A stretch of DNA of 64,000 nt from an uncultured virus (IMG/VR IMGVR_UViG_3300025466_000001) (lineage: Duplodnaviria > Heunggongvirae > Uroviricota > Caudoviricetes). How positions within the stretch are numbered: position 1 is the stretch's first letter; the number at the start of each line of letters is the position of its first letter. The stretch is taken from IMG/VR virus record IMGVR_UViG_3300025466_000001. One strand, given 5' to 3'. This document shows positions 1-9,958 of the stretch, one piece after another. The translations under genes were made by a program, and so were the position numbers. The notes under the pieces were generated by a model. It made no database searches. It had not been told where the DNA came from and saw nothing but the letters and a program-made list of their open reading frames with translations.

Positions 1-1248
1 AGAACTTACGCTGGAGTTGGTTGCGGATATTTAGCTACTTCAACAAATACTGTTTTAACTTTAACTTCTACTACTGGTTATTCTGCTTTTGTAGTAAATT
101 CAGCTACTGGAACTACGTCATATTATACATTTCAAACAAATGGAACTGACACTGCTAGGATTCAAGCAGACCCTTCATCCAATTTAATTTTTTGCAATGG
201 TTCTTCTGACACAGAACGTATGCGCATTAGCTCTTCTGGTAACGTAGGTATTGGTAACAGTAACCCCCTGTACAAGTTAGATGTTTCAAATACAGGTGGT
301 AGCGGCTACAGCCCAACTACAGCAAGAATTAATGACACAGGTAACGAAGCTGGTTTAACAATTAATAACACTGGCACAAGTGGTAAAGCGTATAGTTTGC
401 TATCAACTAGCAACACTTCTGGGCTTGGCGCTGGTAATTTCTTTATTGCTGATGCAACAGCTGGTGCAACTAGGTTAACTATTTTGTCTTCTGGTCTTGT
501 AGGTATTGCTACAAATAGCCCAGTTGGAACATTAGACGTTTACACTCAAGGTGGAGGTTGGTCTGGAAATAACTTTGGTAAAGGTTTTTTAGTTCATACA
601 ACAGCTAATACTAATCCATGTATTGGTATTTTTGACTCAACTAATAGTAACCCAATAGCTTTAGTTAATAGCGCTGGTATATTTAGTGTATGCGCTATGC
701 CAGCTATTACTGACGGCTCAACAGGGCCTACCTATAGATTTGCATTTAATACTAGTGGTAACATGTCACTTCAAGGTGGTAATGGTAATGCTAATGGTGT
801 AGGTATTACTTTCCCGGCGTCTCAGTCTGCGTCAACAGATGTAAACTGTTTAGACGATTATAAAGAAGGTACTTGGACCCCAACTTGGACGGCTTCGGGT
901 TCTAACCCAACAGTTACATATACAGCTCAAGGTGGAACATATACAAAAATTGGAGCCGTTGTATATTTTACTTGCAGGATTACTGTTAATACAGTATCTG
1001 GTGGTAGCGGAGTTCTTAGATTATCAGGTCTCCCATATAGTGCAAACGCAGGAGCCGTTGGTTTTTATCCAGCAGCTCAAGTAGGGTATAAGAATGGGTG
1101 GTCAACAAACGGGCCAGATTACGGGCGTGTTGTTGGTAATTTTATTGAGATATATAAATCAAACAACACTTCTGAAACAACAATTACCCCAGCAAATTTA
1201 ACCGCCGGAACAGATTTTATTATGTCTGGCGTTTATAACGTCGTTTAA
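1..1248 (+). CDS. Tail fibre protein, C-terminal part (5'-truncated; probably continues the ORF starting at 63227)
   Basis: Frame 1 is open from base 1; ERMRISSSGNVGIG-type fibre repeats; C-terminal DDYKEGTWTP domain. Confidence 0.85.
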   Translation, partial: RTYAGVGCGYLATSTNTVLTLTSTTGYSAFVVNSATGTTSYYTFQTNGTDTARIQADPSSNLIFCNGSSDTERMRISSSGNVGIGNSNPLYKLDVSNTGGSGYSPTTARINDTGNEAGLTINNTGTSGKAYSLLSTSNTSGLGAGNFFIADATAGATRLTILSSGLVGIATNSPVGTLDVYTQGGGWSGNNFGKGFLVHTTANTNPCIGIFDSTNSNPIALVNSAGIFSVCAMPAITDGSTGPTYRFAFNTSGNMSLQGGNGNANGVGITFPASQSASTDVNCLDDYKEGTWTPTWTASGSNPTVTYTAQGGTYTKIGAVVYFTCRITVNTVSGGSGVLRLSGLPYSANAGAVGFYPAAQVGYKNGWSTNGPDYGRVVGNFIEIYKSNNTSETTITPANLTAGTDFIMSGVYNVV

Positions 1249-1261
1249 AAAGGAATCTGAA

Positions 1262-1618
1262 ATGGCAACAACAATCGCATGGACAATCGACTGGATGCAA
1301 GTATCCACACAGCCTATCGCTGGTGAACAGGAAGTAGTTTTAACTGCTGGATGGCGCTGCACTGGTACTGATACTGCAACCCCTCCCAATACATCATCTG
1401 TATATGGTTCTTGCTCATTTCCTGAGCCAACCTCAGGTGGTTCATTTACACCATATGCAGATTTAACTCAAGAGCAGGTAGTTGGTTGGTGTTGGGAAAA
1501 TGGCGTAAATCAAATGGCTACGGAAACTACTGTGGAAAATCAAGTTGCACTATTAGAAAACCCACCAGTAACACAGCCCCCATTACCTTGGGTAGAGCCA
1601 ATACCTCCATTAGAATAA
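1262..1618 (+). CDS. Putative tail-fibre assembly/chaperone-like protein
   Basis: AAGGA RBS; follows the fibre gene; FTPYADLTQEQVVGW...LPW motif typical of fibre-associated proteins. Confidence 0.6.
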   Translation: MATTIAWTIDWMQVSTQPIAGEQEVVLTAGWRCTGTDTATPPNTSSVYGSCSFPEPTSGGSFTPYADLTQEQVVGWCWENGVNQMATETTVENQVALLENPPVTQPPLPWVEPIPPLE

Positions 1619-1671
1619 GTTTAGGGCAAGCCACCAGCCCTTTTTGGTGGCAATTTAATTAGGAGAAAGAC

Positions 1672-1905
1672 ATGGGACAAGATAAAAAGACCCCCATTAC
1701 TATCGACGATGTAGAGTATTTTTTTGAAGATATGTCACAAGAACAACAACTTCTTGTTAATCACATTGCGGACCTAGACCGCAAAATAGCTTCATCTCAA
1801 TTCAATTTGGACCAACTTAGTGTCGGTAAGCAAGCGTTTGTTCAGCTTTTAAAAGACAAACTAAATGCGCCAGTTGAGAAGGCTGATGTAGAAGTAGTTC
1901 AGTAA
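1672..1905 (+). CDS. Small coiled-coil phage protein
   Basis: AGGAG RBS; 77-aa ORF. Confidence 0.7.
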   Translation: MGQDKKTPITIDDVEYFFEDMSQEQQLLVNHIADLDRKIASSQFNLDQLSVGKQAFVQLLKDKLNAPVEKADVEVVQ

Positions 1906-1906
1906 T

Positions 1907-2974
1907 ATGTTTGCTGGCGAGGCGTTTTCACAACTAACCTTTGCCGGACTTGGCGGCGCTTTCTTTATAGACAGCGTCGCTGAAACAACCACTTTAACAG
2001 ACACTCAGTCAGCGCAAGTTGCTTTTGGAGGTAACTACGCTGAGTCTTTTGCATTTTCAGATCAAGATGTAGGGCAGTTTAACTTTGTTGGTACAGATGC
2101 CGACAACTACTCTTTAGCTGATTTATATTCCGCACAGGTAAACTTTGTAGGGGCTCAAGCTGAGTCAATGACTCTAACTACAACACAAAGCGCCCAAGTA
2201 AACTTTGTAGGTGCCTACGCAGAAACAACAACCCTAACAGACGCACAAACAGTTCAAGCTGCCTTTGTAGGGGTTAATTCTGAGACCGCCACATTTACGG
2301 ATTCTCAATCAGCGCAGGCTGCTTTTGCTCCTAGTTTAACCGAATCAATGACGTTAACTACTACCCAAGCCGGTACATGGGGAACAAACGCCACTCAAGC
2401 TGAAACCGCCACATTTACGACAACCCAAGCAGGGGCATGGGGAACTAACGCTTCTGTAGCTGAAACAACCACTATTACAGATCAAGTTACTGTAAACGTA
2501 GCTTTTGTTGGGTCTTTGGCCGACGTAATGACTATAGCCGAGACAATGACTTCTGGCTTTACGTTTTACACCACCGTTAATGAAGCGCTGACCCTTACCC
2601 AAACTCAGACTGGCCCAGCGTCATTTAACCCGTTTGTGGCAGAAGCTGTAACCATAGCAGAAACCCTAGCTGCCAACGCCATATTTAGACCTACAGTATC
2701 GGAAGTTATTGTATATACTGATAGCCAATGTGCTATTGGATGGTTTAAAATTAATGATGACCAAAGTGCAAACTGGGGTACAACCGCAATTACTGTTGTG
2801 GAAGTCGCTGACTTTGGTGGGTTTACTTTTGGTGGCGTACCTATGGCTGGAAGCATTACCGTTCAAGAATTAAGTAGCTACCCATTAGGGTATTCCCCTA
2901 CTGTGGTTTGGACAGAAGTAGATACAACAGAAGGCGCGGGTTGGACACCGATTAACTCTGACCAACAATGTTAA
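1907..2974 (+). CDS. Virion/tail protein with about 12-13 tandem 20-aa repeats
   Basis: Repeats of the form xAETTTLTDxQSAQVxFVG. Confidence 0.7.
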   Translation: MFAGEAFSQLTFAGLGGAFFIDSVAETTTLTDTQSAQVAFGGNYAESFAFSDQDVGQFNFVGTDADNYSLADLYSAQVNFVGAQAESMTLTTTQSAQVNFVGAYAETTTLTDAQTVQAAFVGVNSETATFTDSQSAQAAFAPSLTESMTLTTTQAGTWGTNATQAETATFTTTQAGAWGTNASVAETTTITDQVTVNVAFVGSLADVMTIAETMTSGFTFYTTVNEALTLTQTQTGPASFNPFVAEAVTIAETLAANAIFRPTVSEVIVYTDSQCAIGWFKINDDQSANWGTTAITVVEVADFGGFTFGGVPMAGSITVQELSSYPLGYSPTVVWTEVDTTEGAGWTPINSDQQC

Positions 2975-2996
2975 GAAATAAAGACTAAGGAATACC

Positions 2997-4292
2997 ATGG
3001 CTTCTACATATTCATCATTATTGCGTACCGAGTTAATTGGTTCTGGAGACCAAGCAGGTACGTGGGGTAATACTACTAACGGCAACTTTCAATACGTATT
3101 TGAAAACGCTATTGCCGGCTATCAAGCAGTAACAATAACCCCGACTTCAAATAACCAAGTCCTTACATACGTAAACGGACCTTCTAGCAACGCAGCATTA
3201 AATCAATCTATTTTTGGTATGTTAAAGCTAAATGCTGGTACTGTGTCTGCTGCATTTAACCTTTTTGCTCCTCCTGCTAGTAAAACTTATATAGTTTGGA
3301 ATAACACTTCTTACGCAGCCACTTTTTATAACAGCACAATTATTGGCAACACAGTACAAGCCGGTACAGGTGCGACTATTCCTGCCGGCGCTAAAGCATA
3401 TATTTGGTCTGATGGAATTAACTTTTACGCTAATACCGATACAGCTATTGGCAACTTTACTGTTGTTGGTAACGCAACTGTAGGCGGCAACCTTTCTGTA
3501 ACAGGTACTTCTTCATTTACTGGTACTGCAACTTTTGCAAGTACAGCATCATTTGGTGTAGGCCCAACAGCTCCAACAGCTGCAGTAGGAACTAATACAA
3601 CCCAACTAGCTACAACAGCGTTTGTGCAAGCAGCTACAGGTGCTTTGGGTCTTGGCACAATGTCAACCCAAAATGCTAACAACGTCAACATTACTGGCGG
3701 CACAATTAGCGGATTAACAAGTCTTTCCTCAGGCTCAGGTAGCTTTAGTGGTAACTTAGCTGCTGTTGGAAGCGTATCAGGATCAAGCGGTATTTTTGGT
3801 GGCGCGGTATCTGGAACAACAGGTACGTTTACAGGCGCAGTATCTGGCACAACTGGAACATTTAGCAGCTCTGTTTCTGGAACAACTATATCAGGCACAA
3901 CCATTACTGCATCAACCCAGTTTAGTGGCGCTGGTACTGGCTTAACTGGCACTGCCGCAAGTCTTACTGCAGGTAATGCTTCTCTTGTTCAAGGCTTTAC
4001 TCCTGTCCAGCAAGGCGGCGGTACAGGAATGACAGGAAATAAGATTTATATTGGATGGAATGGTTCTAATACTCTTTTACAAGTTGATAGTACATCGCTT
4101 GGGTATATTTTAACTTCTTTGAATTTTAACAATGTTGCTCCTACATTAACAGGTACAGGTGCTTCTGGCACTTGGAGTATTAATATTAGCGGAGTTACTA
4201 CAAATACCGGTTCTAATGGCTACGGCTCTCGCACAGTTTCTTCTTCAGCCCCATCTGGCGGTTCTAATGGTGACATCTGGTATCAGGTATAA
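2997..4292 (+). CDS. Tail fibre/spike protein
   Basis: Gly/Thr/Ser-rich; PTAPTAAVGTNTTQLATTAFV fibre motif; C-terminal PSGGSNGDIWYQ. Confidence 0.8.
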   Translation: MASTYSSLLRTELIGSGDQAGTWGNTTNGNFQYVFENAIAGYQAVTITPTSNNQVLTYVNGPSSNAALNQSIFGMLKLNAGTVSAAFNLFAPPASKTYIVWNNTSYAATFYNSTIIGNTVQAGTGATIPAGAKAYIWSDGINFYANTDTAIGNFTVVGNATVGGNLSVTGTSSFTGTATFASTASFGVGPTAPTAAVGTNTTQLATTAFVQAATGALGLGTMSTQNANNVNITGGTISGLTSLSSGSGSFSGNLAAVGSVSGSSGIFGGAVSGTTGTFTGAVSGTTGTFSSSVSGTTISGTTITASTQFSGAGTGLTGTAASLTAGNASLVQGFTPVQQGGGTGMTGNKIYIGWNGSNTLLQVDSTSLGYILTSLNFNNVAPTLTGTGASGTWSINISGVTTNTGSNGYGSRTVSSSAPSGGSNGDIWYQV

Positions 4293-4295
4293 ACC

Positions 4296-5171
4296 ATGCC
4301 AAATACCTACGTAAAATCTGGTGGTGTATGGGTTCCAGTAGCCCAACCATACGTTAATCAATCAGGCACAAACACGCCTGTAAAAGCTATCTATGTAAAA
4401 GACTCCGGCTCTTGGAAACTTGCTTGGCCTGCTTATACCTTTTCAGCTCTTGTAGTAGCTGGCGGTGGTGGTGGTTCAAGTACTCAACCAAACGTTTCTG
4501 ATTGTGCTGGTGGTGGTGCTGGCGGCTTACTGACATCCTCTGGAACATTAACTCGTGGTCAAGTCTATACCGCTGTAGTAGGAGCTGGAGGTGGAGGCGG
4601 TGGAGGCGGTGGAGGCGGTGCAAATGGAGGCGATTCTTCTTTAACAGGTTCTGGTATTTCTACTGTTTACTGTTATGGCGGTGGCGGTGCTGGCTCTGGT
4701 GGTAATGGCGGCGCTAATGGTGGTTCTGGTGGTGGCGCTTCTGGTTACCGTTTTGCGTATTTAAGTGGCGGAGCTGGGACACCCGGACAAGGATATGATG
4801 GCGGCGCAAACGGTGGGGCAGGCGGTCCATTAGGATTTGGTGGTGGCGGTGGTGGAGCTGGCGGCCCCGGAGAAGCTTCATACTATGGACATTTTGGTAA
4901 CGGTGGCCCCGGAGTTTATAGTTCAATTACAGGTTCTTCTGTTTATTATGCTTACGGAGCTAATGGGTACGGTACAGTTCCTAGTGCAAATACAGGCGGA
5001 GGTGGTGGTGGTTTTAACCCCGGACCCGGAGCAAATGGTGCTGATGGTATTGTTATTTTACGCATCCCAACTCCTTATTACACAGGCAACGTAACAGGTT
5101 CGCCAACAGTAACAACTGACGGCAATTTTACAGTAATTAAATTTACTGGTAACGGTACATACACAGCATGA
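4296..5171 (+). CDS. Glycine-rich tail/adhesin protein
   Basis: LVVAGGGGG...GGGAGG...GADGIVILR glycine-rich domain. Confidence 0.75.
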   Translation: MPNTYVKSGGVWVPVAQPYVNQSGTNTPVKAIYVKDSGSWKLAWPAYTFSALVVAGGGGGSSTQPNVSDCAGGGAGGLLTSSGTLTRGQVYTAVVGAGGGGGGGGGGGANGGDSSLTGSGISTVYCYGGGGAGSGGNGGANGGSGGGASGYRFAYLSGGAGTPGQGYDGGANGGAGGPLGFGGGGGGAGGPGEASYYGHFGNGGPGVYSSITGSSVYYAYGANGYGTVPSANTGGGGGGFNPGPGANGADGIVILRIPTPYYTGNVTGSPTVTTDGNFTVIKFTGNGTYTA

Positions 5172-5404
5172 TGAAGATTCTCAACGACCTTCTTACTGGA
5201 AAAGATAACAAGACACACGATATTGCTCGTTGGTCTTGGATGGTCACGACGCTTACAGTAATGGCAGGTGCTGCTTGGGATGCCGTACACGCAGGCACTA
5301 TACAACTTAAAGACTTTGCAGAATCGGTTGGAATCATAGCGGGTGCTCATGGCGCTACTATTATGATGAAGAAAGACGCAGAGCCAAACGAGGAACAAAA
5401 ATGA
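5168..5404 (+). CDS. Putative holin (2 hydrophobic segments)
   Basis: Small membrane protein at the head of the lysis cassette; Met-Met-Lys start; charged C-terminus. Confidence 0.55.
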   Translation: MMKILNDLLTGKDNKTHDIARWSWMVTTLTVMAGAAWDAVHAGTIQLKDFAESVGIIAGAHGATIMMKKDAEPNEEQK

Positions 5405-5949
5405 TTTACTTAATCTACATTTTGCTGGTACCGATTTCTTTATTGGTAACTTTGATAGCCGTTATTCTTGCGCCTTTCTTACCATTACTTCGTTCCAACA
5501 TTTACGGTTGGTGCGATAACCACAGCTATCAAGATTTTGGTCCACGGCTTAGCGGATTATTTTCAGTATTCCAAACACCTGATAATGACTTGTATGGCGA
5601 CGCCACATTTCAAAAGATTAACGGCAAAAGCTATTGGTCTATGGTTAAATGGCTCTGGCGTAATCCAGCGTATTCTTTTGGTTTGCGCTATTTAACTTCA
5701 CCATATTTCACCAGTTTTTCTGGGGATAAAACAATTAAGGATAATGACAATGCGAAAGCTGGGTGGTGTTTGGTTCACGCCAATGGACTGTTTCAATTCA
5801 CTTCTGTTACCCCTATTGGTTTTAGCCGCTGTATTTATGTTAATTTGGGTTGGAATATTAGGGCTCTTGTCGATGACAATGTTTCGCCCAAGCCGGACCC
5901 GTACCAATCTACCTTTGTTTTTTCACCAAGAATAAGCGGGTTTAGATAA
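5401..5949 (+). CDS. Membrane-anchored conserved phage protein in the lysis region
   Basis: N-terminal TM segment; TPDN..GD and WLWRNPAY motifs. Confidence 0.65.
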   Translation: MIYLIYILLVPISLLVTLIAVILAPFLPLLRSNIYGWCDNHSYQDFGPRLSGLFSVFQTPDNDLYGDATFQKINGKSYWSMVKWLWRNPAYSFGLRYLTSPYFTSFSGDKTIKDNDNAKAGWCLVHANGLFQFTSVTPIGFSRCIYVNLGWNIRALVDDNVSPKPDPYQSTFVFSPRISGFR

Positions 5950-6368
5950 TGTGGGGCTTTGTAAATGAGTACCTTAATTACATCAAAGCTATCGGTATTG
6001 GCATTGCTGTTTGCTGCATTTTTTATGCTGGGTTTCATTTGGGTAATAATAGATATTTGGAATACAAAGCAAGCGTTGAAGCTACCGCCAAAGCGCAAGA
6101 GGAAAAAAACAAATCAGTAGAAGCGCAGCATGCGCTAGTTAATAAAGGAATACAAGATGCTTATGAAGCTAAGCTTGCTGCTCTGCGTAATTATTATGGC
6201 AGGATGCAGCTCAACCCCAGTGGCAGTTCAGTGTCCGGCATTTCCCCAACCCCCAAAGGAACTGATGCAGAAACCGCCTACCCAACACTTGCTGGACAAT
6301 GCGCTGCAACAACAGCCCAACTAACGTCACTCCAAGACTGGGTTAATCAGCAGATAGGTATTAAATGA
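5949..6368 (+). CDS. Rz: i-spanin (Rz-like)
   Basis: N-terminal TM, coiled coil, embedded lipoprotein ORF, adjacent endolysin. Confidence 0.8.
   Translation: MWGFVNEYLNYIKAIGIGIAVCCIFYAGFHLGNNRYLEYKASVEATAKAQEEKNKSVEAQHALVNKGIQDAYEAKLAALRNYYGRMQLNPSGSSVSGISPTPKGTDAETAYPTLAGQCAATTAQLTSLQDWVNQQIGIK
6157..6324 (+). CDS. Rz1: o-spanin lipoprotein embedded in Rz (55 aa; not in the ORF track)
   Basis: MLMKLSLLLCVIIMAG-CSSTPVAVQCPAFPQPPKELMQKPP; lipobox, Pro-rich, AAAGGA RBS at 6144-6149. Confidence 0.85.
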   Translation: MLMKLSLLLCVIIMAGCSSTPVAVQCPAFPQPPKELMQKPPTQHLLDNALQQQPN

Positions 6369-6808
6369 GTCCTAACTTAAAAGCTTTCCTAGATATGATT
6401 GCGGTGTCAGAAGGCACTAAAGGAAAAGGCAATGACGGGTATAACGTGATTGTTGGCGGGGATTTGTTTACCCTTTATAATGATCATCCAAGAAAGCTTG
6501 TTTGGCTAAAACCCGGTCTTGCCTCTACAGCAGCTGGACGCTATCAACTTCTTGCACGGTATTGGGACGTATATAAAAAGCAGTTAGGGCTACAAGACTT
6601 TTCTCCTGCTTCACAAGATGCGGTTGCGATTCAACAAATTAAAGAACGCAAAGCACTAGATGATATTGAGAAAGGTTACATTAATGTGGCTATCGACAAA
6701 TGCAAAAACATTTGGGCATCACTCCCCGGAGCTGGTTACGGGCAACACGAAAACAGCGTAGATAAACTAATAGCAGCCTACAAAGCTGCTGGTGGCGTAG
6801 TTGCTTAA
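6365..6808 (+). CDS. Endolysin, lambda R-like lytic transglycosylase
   Basis: AFLDMIAVSEGT, STAAGRYQLL, DFSPASQD, WASLPGAGYGQ motifs. Confidence 0.92.
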   Translation: MSPNLKAFLDMIAVSEGTKGKGNDGYNVIVGGDLFTLYNDHPRKLVWLKPGLASTAAGRYQLLARYWDVYKKQLGLQDFSPASQDAVAIQQIKERKALDDIEKGYINVAIDKCKNIWASLPGAGYGQHENSVDKLIAAYKAAGGVVA

Positions 6809-6817
6809 GGATAAAAA

Positions 6818-8803
6818 ATGCCATTACAGAAATTACAATTTAGACCCGGTATTAACCGTGAAGGTACAACGCTAGCTAACGAAGGCGGTTGGTACGCAGG
6901 TGATAAGATTCGTTTCCGTTCTGGTCAAGTAGAAAAAATTGGCGGCTGGGTATTGGATACTGGCACGGTTTCTACCGGCGGTAATATGTGGGGTGTTGCG
7001 CGTTCTTTATGGAACTGGATTGGTCTTAATGGCTACAACTACATGGGTATCGGAACAAACCAAAAGTTCTATATCCAGAACGGTACCGGAGGCTTTGAAT
7101 ACGATGTTACCCCTATACGCTACACTGCACCTGCTGGGAATACTACTTTTGCTGCTACTAACGGCTCGTCTGTAATTACCGTAACAGATATTGGACACGG
7201 TGCTCAGAACGGTGACTGGGTTACTTTTAGTGGTGCTGTAAGTCTTGGCGGTAATGTTACTGCAGCTGTTTTAAATGCAGTTACCGGCTATCAGATTACA
7301 TACATATCTTCTTCTCAGTTTTCTATTACTGTTCCTGTAGTTGCTAATTCAAGCGATTCAGGTAATGGTGGAGCATCTGTTGTAGCTACTTACCAAATTA
7401 CAACAGGTAGTGATATTTACACAACCAACGTTGGTTGGGGTGCAGGCGGTTGGTCTGGTGTAACTACTGGCTATTCAAATACAGGTTGGGGTCAAGCAGC
7501 ATCCGCCGGTCTCGGTATTGGTGTTCAGTTGCGTTTGTGGAGCCAATCTAACTTTGGCCAAAACTTATTGTTTAACCCCCGCGGTGGTCCTATCTATTAC
7601 TGGGTTGTTGATGCCGCAAACTCTAACGTATATAACGTAGCGCAGGTTATTTCTAGTACAAATACAAATACTCAGAATGGTACACAGTGGTGGTACGGAG
7701 ATATTGATACCCCGCTGATGGCTAACTTTATTTTGGTATCTGATGCTAGCCGCTTTACTATGGCGTTTGGTACTAATGATTACGGTTCTACTGTGCAGAA
7801 TCCGATGTTGATTCGCTGGTCAGATCAAGAAAGCGTTTTGACTTGGACCCCATCTGTAACAAACCAAGCCGGTAGTTATTTATTAAGTCACGGTTCTTCT
7901 ATTATTACTGCGTTGCAGTCTCGTCAGGAAATTCTAATTTGGACTGATGCAGCGTTGTATTCTATGCAGTATTTGGGCGCTCCTTATGTTTGGGGTTTCC
8001 AGTTACTTGCTGACAATATTTCTATTATTTCTCCTAACTCAGCTTGCACAGTAAACAACGTAACATACTGGATGGGGCAGGATAAATTCTATATGTACTC
8101 TGGTCGGGTTGAAACCTTACCATGTACTTTGCGTGAGTATGTATTCCAAGACATTAACATGACTCAGTCATACCAGTTCTTTGCCGGTACAAACGAAGGT
8201 TTTAACGAAGTTTGGTTTTATTACTGCTCCGCTAGTTCAAGCATTATTGATAGGTATGTAATCTACAACCATCTCGAAAGAATTTGGTACTACGGAACAT
8301 TAACTCGTACTGCTTGGTTAGATAGCGCTTTGCGCGCCACACCTACAGCGGCAAACTATGTGTATGGAAGCACTAAACAATCTACCTTAATCTATCACGA
8401 AAACGGTGTTGATAACGGCGAAACAAATCCTCCGTCGGCTATTGATTCCTACATTCAGTCTTCTGATTTTGATATTGGCGACGGGCACAACTTTGGGTTT
8501 GTGTGGCGTATTATTCCTGACGTTTCTTTTAACGGTTCTTATAATGCGAACCCAACGCTAAACTTTACTGTGCTACCACGGCAAAACCCGGGCGCTCCGT
8601 ACGGACAGGATGATAACCCAGCAGTTGTAAGTACACAAAGTTACCAGAACCAACGTACGTACGAGGTGCAGCAGTTTAGTCAGTATGCGTACGTGCGTAT
8701 GCGTGGTCGTCAAATGGCGTTCAAGATAGAGTCAAACCAAAAGGGAACTAATTGGCAGCTGGGTGTTCCACGTCTTGATGTTCGCCCAGACGGAAGAAGA
8801 TAA
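6818..8803 (+). CDS. Tail nozzle / DNA-stabilisation protein (P22 gp10-like)
   Basis: 661 aa, beta-propeller-like; IRWSDQE and RMRGRQMAFKIES motifs; position. Confidence 0.7.
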   Translation: MPLQKLQFRPGINREGTTLANEGGWYAGDKIRFRSGQVEKIGGWVLDTGTVSTGGNMWGVARSLWNWIGLNGYNYMGIGTNQKFYIQNGTGGFEYDVTPIRYTAPAGNTTFAATNGSSVITVTDIGHGAQNGDWVTFSGAVSLGGNVTAAVLNAVTGYQITYISSSQFSITVPVVANSSDSGNGGASVVATYQITTGSDIYTTNVGWGAGGWSGVTTGYSNTGWGQAASAGLGIGVQLRLWSQSNFGQNLLFNPRGGPIYYWVVDAANSNVYNVAQVISSTNTNTQNGTQWWYGDIDTPLMANFILVSDASRFTMAFGTNDYGSTVQNPMLIRWSDQESVLTWTPSVTNQAGSYLLSHGSSIITALQSRQEILIWTDAALYSMQYLGAPYVWGFQLLADNISIISPNSACTVNNVTYWMGQDKFYMYSGRVETLPCTLREYVFQDINMTQSYQFFAGTNEGFNEVWFYYCSASSSIIDRYVIYNHLERIWYYGTLTRTAWLDSALRATPTAANYVYGSTKQSTLIYHENGVDNGETNPPSAIDSYIQSSDFDIGDGHNFGFVWRIIPDVSFNGSYNANPTLNFTVLPRQNPGAPYGQDDNPAVVSTQSYQNQRTYEVQQFSQYAYVRMRGRQMAFKIESNQKGTNWQLGVPRLDVRPDGRR

Positions 8804-9462
8804 TGGCTACTCCAAAGCAAGTCACCTCAATCCAACAACCGATAGCTCCACGGCTACCTGTTGCGCCTATTGAGTATGACCAACGCTTTATGGAAGAGTT
8901 TCTTCGTATATTGCGGCTTTATTTTAACCAGCTAGATAACGTCAACCAAGGTGTTTTAGGTCAGACTGGCGGAGCATACCTACATACTATTTACGGCGCA
9001 TATCAAAGCAACGTAGATCAACATATTGCAGCAGCCAATACACCACAAGTAGTTACTTTTAACACCACGCAATACTCTAATGGCGCCACTTTATCTAGCG
9101 GAACGCAGACTGGCGTTCAACAAAACGGGTTGTATCTTTACAACTATGCCCTTCAGTTAGCTAATACTGATACAAGCATTCACAACGTACAAATTTGGTT
9201 GCGTCAAAATGGGGTAGACATTCCAAATACAGGAAGCAAGGTAGACGTACAAGAACATCATGGTTCGGTAGATGGGTATTTAAATGCTACTGGGGCTTTC
9301 TTTGTAAAAATGCAAGCTGGAGATTATTTGGAGCTTGTTGTGGCAGCAGATTCAACCTCAGTGTACATGGAGAATTATGCCGCTCAAGTATCTCCATATG
9401 TGCGTCCAGCTATACCTTCTGTGGCAATTACGTTATCATTTGTTTCTTCAACCCAAGGCTAA
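8803..9462 (+). CDS. Tail protein with beta-sandwich C-terminus
   Basis: Coupled to the nozzle gene; LRLYFNQLD helix followed by a C1q/TNF-like strand pattern. Confidence 0.55.
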   Translation: MATPKQVTSIQQPIAPRLPVAPIEYDQRFMEEFLRILRLYFNQLDNVNQGVLGQTGGAYLHTIYGAYQSNVDQHIAAANTPQVVTFNTTQYSNGATLSSGTQTGVQQNGLYLYNYALQLANTDTSIHNVQIWLRQNGVDIPNTGSKVDVQEHHGSVDGYLNATGAFFVKMQAGDYLELVVAADSTSVYMENYAAQVSPYVRPAIPSVAITLSFVSSTQG

Positions 9463-9465
9463 TCC

Positions 9466-9948
9466 ATGACCGCAGCGTTATTAGACCCCAAATTTAAAAG
9501 CAACGTAAAGACCGTAACGGTCGGGCTAAAAGACCTTATTGCTGCAGGCGCCTTAAAATCAGCTGAAGATACACTAAAACTAACCCACCATTTCACCAGC
9601 ATTAATGAAAAATATGGCTGCGGACTGTATGCTAGGGAGCTTTTTATCCCCAAAGGCTCTGTAATTATTGGTAAAATACACAAACAACATCACTTGAATA
9701 TTGTGTTAAAAGGAAAGATTTCGGTCGTAACTGAAACCGGCAAAAAGTACTTTGAAGCCCCTTGTATATTTGATGCTCCTCCCGGGGGTCAAAAAGTGGG
9801 TTATGCCGAAGAAGATACGATATGGGTAAATGTGCATTTAACAGAGCATTTAGGCGAAGATAAACTAGACGCGATTGAGGCTGAAGTTATTGCCCCTTCG
9901 TATGAAGCGTTAGAAGACCAAGCGCAGATGACGCTGGAACTGGAATAG
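9466..9948 (+). CDS. Cupin-like protein
   Basis: HHF..GLYARELFIPKG..GKIHKQHHLNIVLKG. Confidence 0.6.
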   Translation: MTAALLDPKFKSNVKTVTVGLKDLIAAGALKSAEDTLKLTHHFTSINEKYGCGLYARELFIPKGSVIIGKIHKQHHLNIVLKGKISVVTETGKKYFEAPCIFDAPPGGQKVGYAEEDTIWVNVHLTEHLGEDKLDAIEAEVIAPSYEALEDQAQMTLELE

Positions 9949-9958
9949 GGAGCAAAAT

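Noticed and set aside
3425..3952. Long antisense ORF (and similar shadows at 32130-32771, 52038-52421)
   Set aside because: Shadows of codon-biased genes; no RBS or recognisable motifs
1..5171. Diversity-generating retroelement acting on the tail fibres
   Set aside because: No reverse transcriptase and no adenine-variant TR/VR pair seen; the part of the genome outside the window cannot be excluded
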